Assembly: GCA_012295275.1 (NCBI GenBank)
Contig: CM022670.1
Coordinates: 39,060,001-39,124,000 of the forward strand
DNA: 64,000 bases
Source: Chrysomallon squamiferum
Taxonomy: Eukaryota > Animalia > Mollusca
Direction: 5' to 3'
Position numbers and translations under genes: made by a program. This document shows, piece after piece, positions 15,409 to 30,610 of this stretch (within the stretch, counting starts at the first letter, position 1; the number at the start of each line of letters is the position of its first letter). The notes under the pieces are model-generated. The model had not been told where the DNA came from. It made no database searches and worked only from the letters and a program-made list of their open reading frames with translations.

Positions 15409-18400
15409 TATTATATTATTTTTAATTATGTTTATTTAGTTTTACTTTGATTTAATAAAATATGTTTCTTTCTTCACTCTTTCTGTGGATCATTTTTTAT
15501 TTTGATTTAATTTTTATATCCGACAAATTATTTTATTTTGTTCTTGATACAGATTCACGAATTTTCTGAAACGAAGAAACAAAACTGAATTCATCTCCCA
15601 AATTTTGTATTGTTATTTTTATAGTTATTATTATACATAAATATAAGCATCTTGCTTTCTTATAAATAACAACAATGATAACAATAATAATAAATACATG
15701 TTATAACTTTAAGTTTAAAGATGTTAACGTATCATTTTTGTAATTTAAAAGTAATATTATATGTACGAATGTATGTATAGATATTTAAATCATATATCGT
15801 TGTAAAATTAGCGTAAGAGTTAAATTTAATTTTATTTAAAAAGAAGAAAGAAAGAAACTTTATACATAAAATAAATAAAAAAGTAAAAAAAAAAATGTAA
15901 AATGAAATTAAAATAGTTTATTTTTAAATTAAACATCAGTTTTTTATTATTTGGTTTAAATTATAAGTTTTATCTTTTATTTATTTATTTATTTATTTAC
16001 TTACTTATTTATTTGTTTGTTTGTATAATTATTCGTTTAATTACTTATTTACTTATTTATTTATAAAAATGAATTTAAAAATGTATTTCACTATCTCAGA
16101 ATAAAGTTGTTTGTTTAATGACTGAAAAGTTAATTTTTGTCAGGCGAGGAAAATTTTGTTCTTTCTCGTAAGCTTTTTTATTTTCTATTTATTGTTGCTG
16201 TAACCAGTAATAAGACTATAGCTGCAATTATTTATTTATTTTATTTTATTTTTAAATTGATTAAATTCTTTTCTTAAAATTATATTTAATTACGGAGCAA
16301 CTATGAGTTTATTTCGGAACAAAGGAGGATCGTATTTTTTAATTTGATTTATTAACTTATTTATTTATTTATTCATTCATTCATTATTTATTTATTTTTA
16401 TTTTATTTTTTTTTTTTTTCAAAGTTCGCGTTTTGCTTTCTGCTTTAATTTATCTTATGCAAATCTAAAAAGATGTGACTGGATTTGGAACTCTTCGCCA
16501 AAATGAATAGAAAACTTTTAATTTATTGGTTTTAGTTGTATAAGTTATGACTGTTCACTTTCATTTAACCGAAATCCCGAAAAGAGCTCAGCCCATAAAT
16601 ATAAGTAAAAGTGTATAATTATTCAAATGAAGCTTTACAACAAATAAATAAATAAGTAAATAAATAAATTAAATTAAATTAAATAAATAAATAAATAAAA
16701 TAAAATAAAAAAAAATAAAAAAAAATAAAAAAAAATAAAATAAAATATTATAAAATAAAATAAAATAAAATAAAATAAAATGAAATAAAAATAAATATAT
16801 CAATAAATAAACAAACAAACAAACAAAATTAAATAAAATAAAACAGATTTTCGCGACTTTTCGGTTAATGAATTCTGGGCCTGCCTGTGAACATTTAACT
16901 CTCTGACTTTGCTGTGTGAGGTTTCGCGATCGAATCTCGTCACAGCCTGTTTCACTAAACTAACAGTGGAGATGTAAAACACTAAATAAATATTATCATT
17001 TACTCTCTGACATGCTTAAACTATTTTCAGCACACTGTGAGTCCAAGACAGACGTGCTTGAATACTGAGCAAATTAAATAAGAAAACTATTAACTGAACG
17101 ACTGAAAACAGACTGGTAGTACACGGTTTTTGAAAAACAGATATTTGTATCACTCTCCATTTTTTTTACAGTGGAATATCTAAGCAACGCAGTGCTTGTG
17201 TTAAAACTCTAAAGTAATGGGATCGACCCTTGCTATCGCCTTAAAACAAATTCATTTATACACCCATATATTTGTATCTTCTTTGTATGTAAAATAATTT
17301 TAAATAAATTTAGCTAATTGTTAGGGAAACAATAAAAGCATGTCATCTCTTAGGAGGGGACTTGCTGTTTTGGCCTTCGTTCAAACTGAAATACGATGGT
17401 GGAGTCTTGGAGTAAATAGTCGACCATAATAGTTTAAAGTCGTTGTAACATAGTTTAAAAAAATAAAAAATTAAATTAAAAAACCTGTAGTTTGTGTGAC
17501 CTGGATTCTTTTTTATGCTTTGGGTTTAGGCTGCAATGCAGCAATGGGATGCAAGATCTATTCACTGTCGTGGACGTTATGATTCCAAGCAATCGTTTTC
17601 GTAATGTATATATATATATATGTATGTATGTATGTATGTATATATGTATATGTATATATTAGCTTAGACTTAGGCTCAAATCATAAATCACTCGATATTT
17701 TTGGTGGGATCCATTCTCCAGGTTGGGCGATGGGATTCGAAATTAAAATTCACGATGATGTAAATAAAACATACTTTTCTCTTTTAAGTGAGTTTAAACC
17801 ATTTTGTTATTTATTTAATTTTGAGATATATTAGACAGTGGCACAAGTAGACACGGACAATTAGAAAGCGCTGGTCTACTGAACATATGATAAAACAAAT
17901 TTTATTGTCGGAATATCGCAGACGAGCGAAAATTGCATCGGAATATTGACAGTCAATTTTGAGGGAATCTTTTTTTTAATATTTGTGGTTAATATAAAAT
18001 AAAAGTATCGAATACATTCTTGGAGAACAAATAAACTGTAACAATAAAAACACATTATAAAAAAAAAAATAAAAATAAAAAAAAAAAAAATGCTACCGCA
18101 AAAAAAGAAATAAAATTGCGTTAAAGGATTTATTTGAAAACTAATGGCTTCGGGAAGAAAACAAATGACACCGATATCAGATAAACGTCGAGATTTCGAC
18201 GTCGATTAGCCAGATTAGAGATATATTTTAAGAAAAAACTTCCTGTTCTGGCAGTAATTTTATATTTGGTTGTGTCTTTAGCAGCATGAAGATCTGATGA
18301 TGAACGACATGTGGCCTGATACACGTTCAACCTGCGGCATGCGATAACGTCTTCTGGTTTGAAACTCCGTCCTCGATTATCAAACAAATAAAAGTTCCGG

Positions 18401-19643
18401 TTTCCTACTTAAAGCCCTCCGCTGATACAAGCGCACCATCGGGCGTTTACGTCATACCTTTATTTCTTCTTTCACCCAGCGAAATTGGGATAGACGCCAT
18501 CCCTTGTGATGTTGTAAATTGTAAGCAGTAGACGGCAACATTATATCTCGCGAGCGTTAGTCTGGAGTTCTGCTAAACAGAACAGCTTTACAGATGTTGA
18601 TATATGTGTGTCAGTTTATAAAACACTTTAAAAAAAAAAAAAAAAAAAAAAATGAAAAATGAAAAAAAATGGAAACGAAAAAAATTGAAAATTCCAGGGG
18701 TGTAAGTTATGGTGCGTCTGGTTACTGAACGATTGAAGTTTTTTTTTCTTTCGATTTTTTTTTTTTTTTTTTTATTTAAAAAAAAAAAATTAACAATTTA
18801 AATAATGCTTTAATGTTTTAATTTATTTTTATCACAATTATTGTTTTCGTCCTCATCCTTATCATGTATGCTCATTATTGTTGTTGTTGTTGTTGTTGTT
18901 CATAATCATCATAATAATCATCATCATCTTATTATTATTATTATTATTATTAATATTGTTATTATTATTATTAATATTGTTATTATTATTATTAATATTA
19001 TTATTATTATCGTTATCATTATTATTATTATTATTATTTTACAATTTGAATTATTTCTATTTTTATGTTTATGTGTCCTTATATATAAATATACCTCTAT
19101 GTGTGACTGTATGTATATATGCATGTACATGTATGTGTGAGTGTTAATAAACAAGATATGAAATTTAACAAACTATTAAATTATTTTATCATGTTCAGTT
19201 TTCTTATTCTTATACGGATTTACGTCATTACACTCATTTCCACAATGTATGCGCATGAATACCACGGGAAACAAAATAATAAATGTAGGAAAAGCAAAAC
19301 ACAAAGGATATTTAATTCACCGAAATAAAAGGATAACGTTTTAGCACACGATCTAGAAAAATGAAATGAGTTTTCTGTTGCGAAAAGATATAATCGTTCA
19401 TTTCTCTGGTTTAAATGAAAAACAGCCAATGCGGAAATAAAAAGAGCTAATCCAGGTGAAAAACTGTTATATAAATTGTATGTGTTTTCTATTTAAAGAA
19501 TAGATATTAATACATAATTATTACTTATTGATATAAAGCTTCTGATATTATTTTTAAATAATATATAAACAGCATATATGCGTGCGTACATACATGCATG
19601 CATATATACTTACATAGATATATACATACATACATACATACAT

Positions 19644-19745
<102 letters not shown>

Positions 19746-19926
19746 TTAGTTATGTATTGTGGAATTAATTTTTATAGAAATATTTTGTTTCATTTATTTG
19801 TTTAAAATCCCAGCTGATTTATTCTTTATTTTATTTTATTTTATTTATTTTATTTATTTATTCATTTATTTATTTATTTTATTTTATTTTATTTATTTAT
19901 TTATTCATTTATTTATTTATTGTATT

Positions 19927-19981
<55 letters not shown>

Positions 19982-20064
19982 TTTTATTTTATTTTATTTA
20001 TATATTTATTTACTTATTTATTTTATTTATTTATTTATTTATTTTATTTATTTACTTATTTATT

Positions 20065-20103
<39 letters not shown>

Positions 20104-21130
20104 TAATCCTTTATTTTATTTTATTTCATTTCATTTCATCTATTCATTCATTCATTCATTCATGTTTCATTTACATTTTAATTAAACAGACAAATAAATA
20201 ATTATAAAAAAAACAAAACAACGACATGTAAGTAACAGATAGTTCGAAACCAATCCTTGAGATCAACAACAACAACGCAAGGATTCGTCACGCCCGAGTG
20301 AAAACTGACAATACCCAAACATCTAGGTTAAATACTTACAATATATTTTTTTTTTTTTTTTTTTTTCCCCGTCAATGTGGACTGCAAATCTCTTATCTCG
20401 GAACCTCCTCGACGCTTTGCTTTTCTGCTCCAGTGAAAGTCTTCTTCTTTACCTTCAGCTATGCCGATGATCGTTTATCTTTCCCTCACCACAGAACAAT
20501 AAAATACTGCTGATTACCTTTTATTTAGGAATAAATAAAACAAAAAGAAACAACAAAAAAACAACACCATCAACTTAACGTTATGTTTTGCTGCTCTGAT
20601 ATTTCAATATTATGTTCTATGTGATAAGTTTGTCTAGACGATGTTACGCGATGCAAATATCAAAATTTCGTTTCAGTGTAAGTTACTCGGAAGAATTTGG
20701 CATCGTAATAATTATACAGATTTTGGGTCTATAATAATTGTTCGCTTTGCTGTAGATAACGGTGTCTAGTTAGCTCATAATCTACTTCGGCATAAGCTAT
20801 AATCTACACGTGCTAAGGAAAGAATGCGGAGCTGTAGATGGGTCTGATGTCACGTCTTATCCAAACGTATGTCTGTCTTGCCATCAATCCATCCGTCAGC
20901 TTATATAATTACCTGTTGCTATTTCTTCCTATCTTGCTAGTTAGCTAGTTAGTTAGATATTTAGTTAGGTAGTTAGTTAGTTAGTTAGTTAAGTCAAGCG
21001 GATCATATAATGTTACATTAATCTGCACGCTACATTTTACAACTTAATGTAAAAATATTTGTTTTAAATAGTTTGCTGAAGACTCGTAGGAACTTTATTT
21101 TTATTTTTTATTTTTTATTTATTTATTTAT

Positions 21131-21168
<38 letters not shown>

Positions 21169-22851
21169 TTTATTTTTATTATTAATTTAATTTTTTATTC
21201 TTATATATTAATTTTTATTTAGTTTTTTTTTTAGTTTTTTTTCTGTTTTATTTTTCGTCGTTATTATTATTATTATTTTTTATTATTATCATCATCATCA
21301 CCATCATCGTCATCATCATCATCGTTATTATTATTATTGCACGTATGACTTTCTCGTCTGCTTTCACACACAGAGAGAAAATGCTAACGGCACGCCTGGG
21401 AAGTAGACTGTCTATTTTCAGCTGGTCTCTCTGATTCTTACAGGTGGTTTAACCGCAGTCTCGAAAACCTGCACCGCAAACCGCGACTTGCAGCAGTTCC
21501 TCTTGGGTATCGGGAAACAGCAGCCGACACCTCGATTCTCCTTGTTCAAACGAACGCAGAGAAGTGATTAACGATATCGAAAGCATTTCAGACATTCTGA
21601 AACACGCGTGAGAGTTGCTTGCGATGATGATGATAATAATAATAACGGTGATAAAACAACAACAACAACAGCAGCAACAGTAGAAGTAACAGACACTACC
21701 ATCACAGTAATAGTAATATCTACTACAAATACAACAACAGCAATAATAACAGTAACAACAATAATAATAATAATGAAAATAATATTAATAGTAATAATGA
21801 TGATGATAATGATGATGGTGATGATGATAAAGGAAAAACTGCAGGAAAACAGAAAAAGCAATTTCAGAAACGACAGTAACAACGATAACAGTAAACAGAT
21901 GAAAAAGAACAAAAAGAAAAAAAAAAAAAGGAAATGATGATGATGATGATGATCTGTCAGATGATGACGTTGTACAAACACAAGAAATTAACAGAAGATG
22001 AAAATCACACGCGATTCAGAGGTGGGGCAGACAATGCACAAATTATCAATTTTTGATGAGCGCCATTTTTTATTTGCAGCGGGCGCCATCTATTTATGAT
22101 ACGTCTCTGATAATGATTAACAACAACAACTGCAGCAGTTGTTGATGACCAGGGTAACTACCACTACGACGATGACGATACTGATGCAGAGGTTTATCGT
22201 TTATGAAATGTCGTATCTAAACTATTTGCAACCACTTATTTTGTAATTAATTTCACGTATTATCAAAATGCGAGGTGCTAAACAACAATTACAAAATACA
22301 AAAGCCTGCGCGTAATAAAATATAGTAATAAATATACATAATAATTATGCATGCGTACGTAGGTTATGCATTTCTTTGCCATCAGTAATTTTTATTATAA
22401 AATAATAAATTACGATTTCGTTCTCGGAATATGATATTTTTATGGTTCTTTGAAAGAAAATCGCCAAAACTCGTACAATAAAATAATTTAATTTGGTAAG
22501 ACGTCTCTCGTTATAGGTACCAGTCTACTCGCTCTCACGTGCCCCTTACGTAATCAGGCCAGACGAGATTTGCTAATTATTTTACTCACTCTGCAGACAC
22601 AGAGTCAACGTTCTCAAGGTGAAATTATTAAATAAAGTAACCACGTGACTATGACGTGTTTGTTACCATGACATCTCCTGTCACAACCAATTAACGGCTG
22701 AGAAGAAATTGTCTGAACAAATGTTCGTGTAAAATCTGATCTGAGATCTCAAAATGACTCCTGGTTTTTTTTTTTTTTTTTTTTTTTTTTTTCTTTCTTT
22801 TTTTTTTCTTTGTAAACTAATTAACCTAAACAAATATTCATAAAACATTCA

Positions 22852-22883
<32 letters not shown>

Positions 22884-22892
22884 TTATTATTC

Positions 22893-22937
<45 letters not shown>

Positions 22938-22969
22938 TACTATTATTATTATTATTTTTTTATTATTAC

Positions 22970-23014
<45 letters not shown>

Positions 23015-23017
23015 TAC

Positions 23018-23071
<54 letters not shown>

Positions 23072-24986
23072 TATTATTAAAATTATTATCAATATAGATT
23101 TTCCGATCCTGTCTTGCACAGAATTTAACTGTTTAATTAATTTTCTATCAACTTCGCCGACATCTCTCCCCACATTTTTAAATGTCTGTAAATATTTCTT
23201 GCATCTGCTTTATTTTTCCCTGCTTCAATCCTGCACTCCGCCGTTGTTGCAGTTTCCGTCTGTTTGCAGTGACTACGTCGTGTTTGTCTCGAGGTCGACT
23301 TTGTCCCACGTGAACTGCAAAAAATCAACGTTTTTCAACTGTTTAAAATTTTCACAATTGCTGGTAAGATCAAAGTTCTTGTCAATCCGTCTTTCCGGGC
23401 GTTGTGTCTTCCATTAGGCCGCTATGTGTGTGCAATATTAATGGAAATTCCACGACAGGTACACGACAAACACGGCCCTTTTTTTGTTTGGACTTTTCTG
23501 CAAATTGACATAGGAGCCCCAGACCGGCATCATTATCATAACGTAAGGCCACCATTTGTGAATGAAATATTCCTCTTCAATGTCAGTTTTTATCACGTGA
23601 CAGGTTGCATTGCGACAGGCTTGGACTTGATAATGATTGCGTCGTAGAAGGGGTTTTTAGGGTAGTGAGTTATCACTGACAGAAAAGAGATGGTAGATCA
23701 GTGCTTTATCAAGAATATTATTTTTTATTATATATTTATGTTGCATTACATTATTCTGAGAATAAAAACTCTGTTTTTCTTAAATTTAACTGAAGACGTC
23801 TGATTGTTTTTATTTTTATTTTAAATGTATTTTTTAAATTAAGAAATAAAAACGATGTTTGATTTCCGTTCGATTCGTGGTACTATTGATATCGTGGGGT
23901 TTTTTTATTGTCTGGGGGAAGTGTATCCGATTTCTTCACTATAGAAAAAAAAAATGAATATTAATATAAAACTTTTCAAAAGAACTGTTTAAAAGAACAT
24001 AAGTAGAAATAAATCTCGATAAGAGATACAGTAAGGCAAACAAACTTGTTTTAATGACCTGTTCAACAAATGTATATATTATTTGTTTCCAACGTTTGGA
24101 AAACTGAAAGGATGCCATAGTTTTATTTATGTAAAATAAAAAAAGATCTTTATGGAGATACACCTTCAAATTTTTTAAATTATAAACAGAAAATTCTACA
24201 TCAAGGTTAACCTATTTTTATCATTTAATATGAAGTTAACAGTATAAATGTATCGAAAACGTATTAATTTTCTTCTTACTCCAGAATTTGTACACATCAT
24301 GACAACATGTCGTGTATGATGTCGTAATAACAGGGAAGATCCAGAATCGAGGTACAACCTTGAGTTCTGGGTGTAGAATGGTTTTTGAGAATTTTACGTG
24401 TATAGTGGCATTAACTCATACATGCTGTGGTTTTTGAAATTGTCGTTCATCTTCTTTAAATTCAAAGTTTTTGTTTTAATAATTAGTTATTGTTGTTTTC
24501 TTGTTGTTTGTTTTTTTTTACATGGTCCTTTTCAAATAATAATAATAATAACAACAACCTGCAACCAGATCATTGACTTTCACTTATCAAGCCGCGTTCC
24601 CGACACGATGCATTTTTGAAAATCTGTGAAAAACTCGCGAGATTTCGTCGAGGGTTCGTCAACAAGCAACGAAATTTTACAAATATTGGAACAAGTGGAA
24701 AACAAAGGGGCAGATAATCCTGGTGTGGCTTTCGGGGGTTAACAATAATCAGAGATAACAGGTGTATAAAAGTACCGGGGAATTCGCAGGTAAACATTTC
24801 GAGTACGCAGTCAAAAGAAAATAGGGACCTGCAACCCAAACACGGGGATTCGGTCGTCTTTGCGAGTAAGTAGATATCAAAGGCTGGAGGTATTTATCCC
24901 ACAATGATGCCGGGTTTTGTCGTAGGACACGGGATAAAAATATTTCTTCCTCAAATTGTTCAATGAAACGATCGATTTTCTTTCTT

Positions 24987-25046
<60 letters not shown>

Positions 25047-25480
25047 CTGTCTTTTTTGTACTCCCACTACATTTTTATAATGAAGATGTAAAACAAAATT
25101 CTTGGCAGAGAACTTTTAAAATAATCATAATTTTTGTTGTTTGTGTCCTTATGTGTGTAGTTTATATTTATTTATTTATCATGAGACCTATTTATATATA
25201 TTTTTTTCTAACACGGTTTGATCGTCTGCAAATTGTTTTTATTCCTGTTCTCTAAGTTTTAGCATGGTGTCATGGTACGATGTAGTTACTACTTTTCTTA
25301 AGAATATTAATTCGCTATGATAGTGACAATACAGTGTGTTGTGTTGTAATGCTTGTTTATATACCAAAATGACAATGTGGTAATGATGAAATAACATATG
25401 TATGTTAATAATAACATCACTGTCACTGACACGGAATTATTTTATACAAAGTTGTATTTAGAGTAGGAGGAGTGAGCCAC

Positions 25481-25560
<80 letters not shown>

Positions 25561-25958
25561 ATTAAATAAAGTAATTAAACAAATACGACAAACAAACCAG
25601 TTTACAGACTTCTATCTTGTTGATACAGATAGTTCTTTGGTGAGACAGATAAGAAAAATAAACGTTTGCTGAGATTTTCAGCCGGTTTTCGTGTTTGTAT
25701 TCTAAATCAGCCAGTAGAGGAGACTGCCCCAGGGGCAGTGAGGGGACGGGCTGAGCTTTGACAAACAAGAGATGATCAGAGACCAGGTAAAGCTGTTTAA
25801 TCCAATCTTCGTATCGTACCTCCGGCGGATTAAATCTCACAGACAGGTACGTTTATACAGACTCGCTTCTTCTTGAAGAAAATCCCTGTAGACACAAATA
25901 CATTCTTCATCTCATGCATCATTTCTTCACAGAAGATCATTTTTTTTTTTTTTCGTAC

Positions 25959-26003
25959 TTCTTTTACATCGTCTGGGGAGAAAACTGATACTCTATTCGC
26001 CAT
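25959..26003 (-). CDS. Candidate alternative start exon MANRVSVFSPDDVKE (phase 0)
   Basis: Long polypyrimidine tract + cag acceptor (exon starts 26006), aagATGg context, donor GAA|gtacga (the same hexamer used twice in SYK). Confidence 0.45.
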
Positions 26004-26297
26004 CTTCTGCATGAAAAAAAAGAAGAAAGGTATAAAAAAAAAAAAAAAAAAAGAAAGAAAAAACACCTCAAAAAAAAAAAAATAAATAAATAAATAAATA
26101 AATAAATAAATGAATTAACAGTAAGACATATCGTTTAAAAAAAAAAAAAAAATTAATAAAAAAATCAGCTTTAAACTAAGTTTAAAAAATTATTGTAAGG
26201 TATGTTTTGGAACATTGTCTTTAATGTTGGTTTAAGAATTTTCCTAATAAGAGATGCTTTGTTTGTTTGCTGCTGATTATATATATATATATAACCC

Positions 26298-26352
<55 letters not shown>

Positions 26353-26646
26353 TCTGTGTATATATAAATTATATATGTATCATACACGTATTCGTTCGTG
26401 TGTAGTGTTTTTATGTTCTTTCGTTACTTCATTGTGGGTGAATGCATATATGAGAAAGTGTGTGTTTGAAACTGACGTATATTAAAAGCATGCCTGAACT
26501 ACTACAACAGAAATCATCCGAGAAACCGCATTGTTTTCGTTGATACGGAGATTTCATCGAAATCGGCTTCCATTCGACTGCTGCCAAGAGAAATTCGCAG
26601 ACGACGTATCTAGTTGTCGTGTAAAGTCGCCGGCTATTCCACTCAC

Positions 26647-26720
26647 CCGACTTACTCCCGCTTCATGGCCGCTGTTGTCCTGCGTCAAAGCGAGGCTTGT
26701 TTACGTTGTTTATGAGGATT
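26647..26720 (-). other. Candidate distal 5' leader exon with two tandem donors
   Basis: CpG-rich island; GA|gtaagt (26655-26650) and GG|gtgagt (26646-26641) 9 nt apart; the 5' boundary is a guess. Confidence 0.4.
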
Positions 26721-27691
26721 TGTGAAGAAGTAACAGGTATTTTAAACAAAAAGAAACTACAAATGTCTTTAATGCGGGCACATAATCCAAGCAAAGAAAA
26801 AAAATCAGTCTGTTACATTCTTTTCTATTACTGAAATATTTTTGGTCAAATGAATGCTTGTGGTGTATCGAACCACCACAATTTCCAGATTTTGGGGAAT
26901 TAATAAAATTATTATAGTCATTATTATTAATAAATAAAAGTCCTTTTTTTTTTTAATATTCGGTGTTAATCTGTATATTTTGCTGAAAATTAAGTTGTTA
27001 AATTTATTTATTAATATTAGGCGGAATTAACAAACCAACAAACGACAAGACAATATTCAACAGCTAATCAGTATTATTCTGATTGTTTGTTAAAACATAT
27101 ATAGTTTATCAAATAAAAATAATTTTAAAAAATTTAAATATAGGAAAATTTTAAATAATAACAACAAAGACATCGATGATGACAACGACAACAAAAACAA
27201 CATTAACAACAACAATAACAACAATAATAACAATAAAATATTATAAACAATACAGAATTAGATCTCACAAAAAATAAAAGATAAAAAGAAGAAGAAGAAG
27301 AAGATAAAAGCAAAGCTATAAAGAACACTTCTGAAAACTGTATTATTAGATGGATTTTTTCTTTCTTTCATTCTGTATTCGTTTTTATTTTATTTTATTT
27401 TATTTATTTATGATTATATTTTGTGTCTGTGTGTTATTGTTTTTTTGTACTTTTGAGTGTTTTTTTTTTTTGTTTTTTAGTTTCGTTCAAAAACCTTTAC
27501 AGTTCGTTTTATCATTTTTATTATTATTATTTTGTTTTATTTTAAATTATTGGTTATTTTGGTTATTGCTTTTGTTTTATGGTTCAAAAGGTGTCACCGC
27601 TACCTTTATTTATTTATTTATTTTATTTCATTTTATTTTATTTTATTTTACAACACTTATAGTCAGAATGCGTTGTTAGTTTTTGCGTTTT

Positions 27692-27730
<39 letters not shown>

Positions 27731-28303
27731 GTGAGTTTGTTCGAATTTCGGGTGAGGAGGTTTGTACGATTTTCTTTTTCATTAACTTGCTTTTTTTTAA
27801 TTTTTTTTATATCCACAGGTCCCCGGATTTTTTTGTGCGACAAATCAAATATTAATCGTGAATGAATTTTATAACGAGAAAAGCCTCCCAGTTTTCACGT
27901 TTATTCAGCAATTACTCTGTACCACCTTATGATTAATTAATTTTATTTCCGAACATTATTTTATTATCGTGCACCTTTTTTCCGAAAACCTCTTTAAATC
28001 TTGATCGCTTTTGACATATTACGGTAAATAATGTTATTAAACATTATGTTCTCGTTTGAAATAATTAGGTGTTTCAAGCCCAAACGAGTTATATTGGACA
28101 GCTGCCCAAGAAGTACGTGCGCGTTCTCAAACTTGTTGAGTTATTTTCTGTAAAGCCACACTTTCGTAGAAAAAACCACATGATTAATTCATAAAATATT
28201 CATGGAAAAAAAAAAAAAAAAAGTATAAAAAATTAAGTCTCGATTGAACAGAACTTTGACGTAAATAGATCCGACAGGAGTGAGTTTTTGGGGGTGTTTT
28301 TCT

Positions 28304-28350
<47 letters not shown>

Positions 28351-28568
28351 GCAGAATGAAATATCAGTTTGGTTGGTTTTATTATCAGTTTTATTGTTTA
28401 CAAAAGCAATTTTATTGTGGTTTTATTTTATTTTATTTTACTTTTAGTTTTTTTTTTAGTTTTTTTTTCTTTTAGTTTTTTTTAAATTTATTTCTTTTAT
28501 TACTAGTATTTATTTATTTTAGTTTTATTATTATTATTCTTTATTTCTTTATTTCTTTATTTATTATA

Positions 28569-28607
<39 letters not shown>

Positions 28608-28746
28608 GTTATTGTTATTATTATTATTTATACTTTTCTTCATAAACTTAAATATTAGCTGTGGTAAAACTGTCTTATGATCTAAAAGAATTTAGAAATG
28701 ACAAAAATAGTTTTCATTTGGGCTTGACTTTTTCTTTCTTTCTTTC

Positions 28747-28793
<47 letters not shown>

Positions 28794-28861
28794 CATCATC
28801 ATCATTATTATTATTATTATTATCATCATCATCATTATTATCATTATCATCATCATCATCA

Positions 28862-28908
<47 letters not shown>

Positions 28909-28988
28909 TTATTTTTTATGGGAGTTTGGGGATCTTTGTTCTTTCTTTTTCAGGAGAAGATGCATTTAACGAAAAAAAAAAAAAAAAA

Positions 28989-29120
28989 TTTCACTGATTT
29001 AGACAGCATCGTTTATAATTGTTTAACAATAGCTGTTGCTAGTACTCTTGTTTTGTAATAAACAACTACAGTAATAATAATAACAATGAAGATAATATTA
29101 CCGATGCCCTTGTCAATAAT
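28989..29120 (+). repeat. Dispersed repeat, copy 2 of 2
   Basis: Colinear, same-orientation match to 6063-6203, also followed by an (AAT)n-type tail. Confidence 0.85.
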
Positions 29121-29443
29121 AATAACAATAACAATAATAATAATAATAATAATAGTAATAGTAATAATAATAAAACTACATTAAATAACAATGTGTATCT
29201 GATATCATACAGAGAGAAAAATACAATTACAGATAAATTATGCATCTGAAATGGATATAAAATGCTAAATAAAATAGAAATTCCAGTAACAACATTTATA
29301 ATGTCAAATACATGAAATAAAGTATATAAATGTAATAAATATATAATTAAAGGGAATATATAAAACATTATAACGTAAATATCACAAATTTTTGTGTTAC
29401 AAGGACTTTTTATTGGACATATATCCGATATATTCATTTCACA

Positions 29444-29506
<63 letters not shown>

Positions 29507-30543
29507 CATTTATAACAATATATTTCTAAGGTACTATTACATTTTCATGTATCCGTTTCTTATACCCACGCATTCACTGGTATCATCCATATGAAATATT
29601 AAGAATTAAAATGTTACATAAAACATGGTATTAAAAAAATAATAATAAATAAAAATAAAAATGTGTCATTTTGTTTAAAAACGTAAAGTTCCCCTTTTAA
29701 ACAAAAAATGGAAACTGTAAAAAAATATATATATATTTTAGAGATATTATGCTTTCTAATTCAATACTTTTTTTTAGGCCGAGACAGCTGTTTAATTGTA
29801 TTATTCCAAACCTACAATTTGTGTAGACCTACCTGCGCGCGAAAACGTCGTATTTTCGCGCGGAAATTCGTATGGAGCCAGACGATACTTTGTAAAACCA
29901 CAGACTGAGTAATTACGATTTTTTTTTGTTATTTATTTATTTACTTATTTGTTGTTGTTTTTTTTTTTTTCTTTTGGGGATATTTTATATATATATATTT
30001 TTAATTTCATTTCATTAATTTATAGTTATTGATGTTGTTATTTTTATTCATTGTTCTTGTGGTTTTGAGTTTTATATTTGTATTATTATTATAATTTTCT
30101 GGGATATTTTTTTTTCTTTTCTTTTCTTTTTTTTTTTTTATTGTGGTTTTGTTTGTTTCGGGATTTTTTTTTTTTATTATTATTGTTGGGTTTTTTTTTT
30201 TTCCCTGTAATTTAATTATGTAGATTATCATCATTCTAAATGAAATGTTAATATTATCTATTTAGGAGATAATTTTATATTAAACATTTTTGTAATTTAA
30301 AAAATGTGTCCCTTTGGTCAATAGCGCAATGGCAAATAATGACAAAGAAAATTGTATTTATTTTGCTCTCTTCGCTACATTAAAAATGTGTGTATGTGCG
30401 TGCGCGCGCGCGCGAGCGCGTGTGTGTTTACCATGATCACTGACCGGAAAAAAATAAATTCATCCAGTGGCAAGATATGACTAGATAAATTTTAATTTTT
30501 TCGGTCCAAAAATATAGCTTTTGGGGTAGGAACCATTTTTACT

Positions 30544-30610
<67 letters not shown>

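Noticed and set aside
17180-17480. Possible tRNA-derived SINE head (GGGATCGACCC B-box-like)
   Set aside because: Too degenerate; no cloverleaf, clear A box or second copy in the window.
18458-18500. Possible further start exon MASIPISLGERRNK with G|gtatga donor (minus)
   Set aside because: The donor is phase 1, incompatible with the two phase-0 candidates, and there is no other support.
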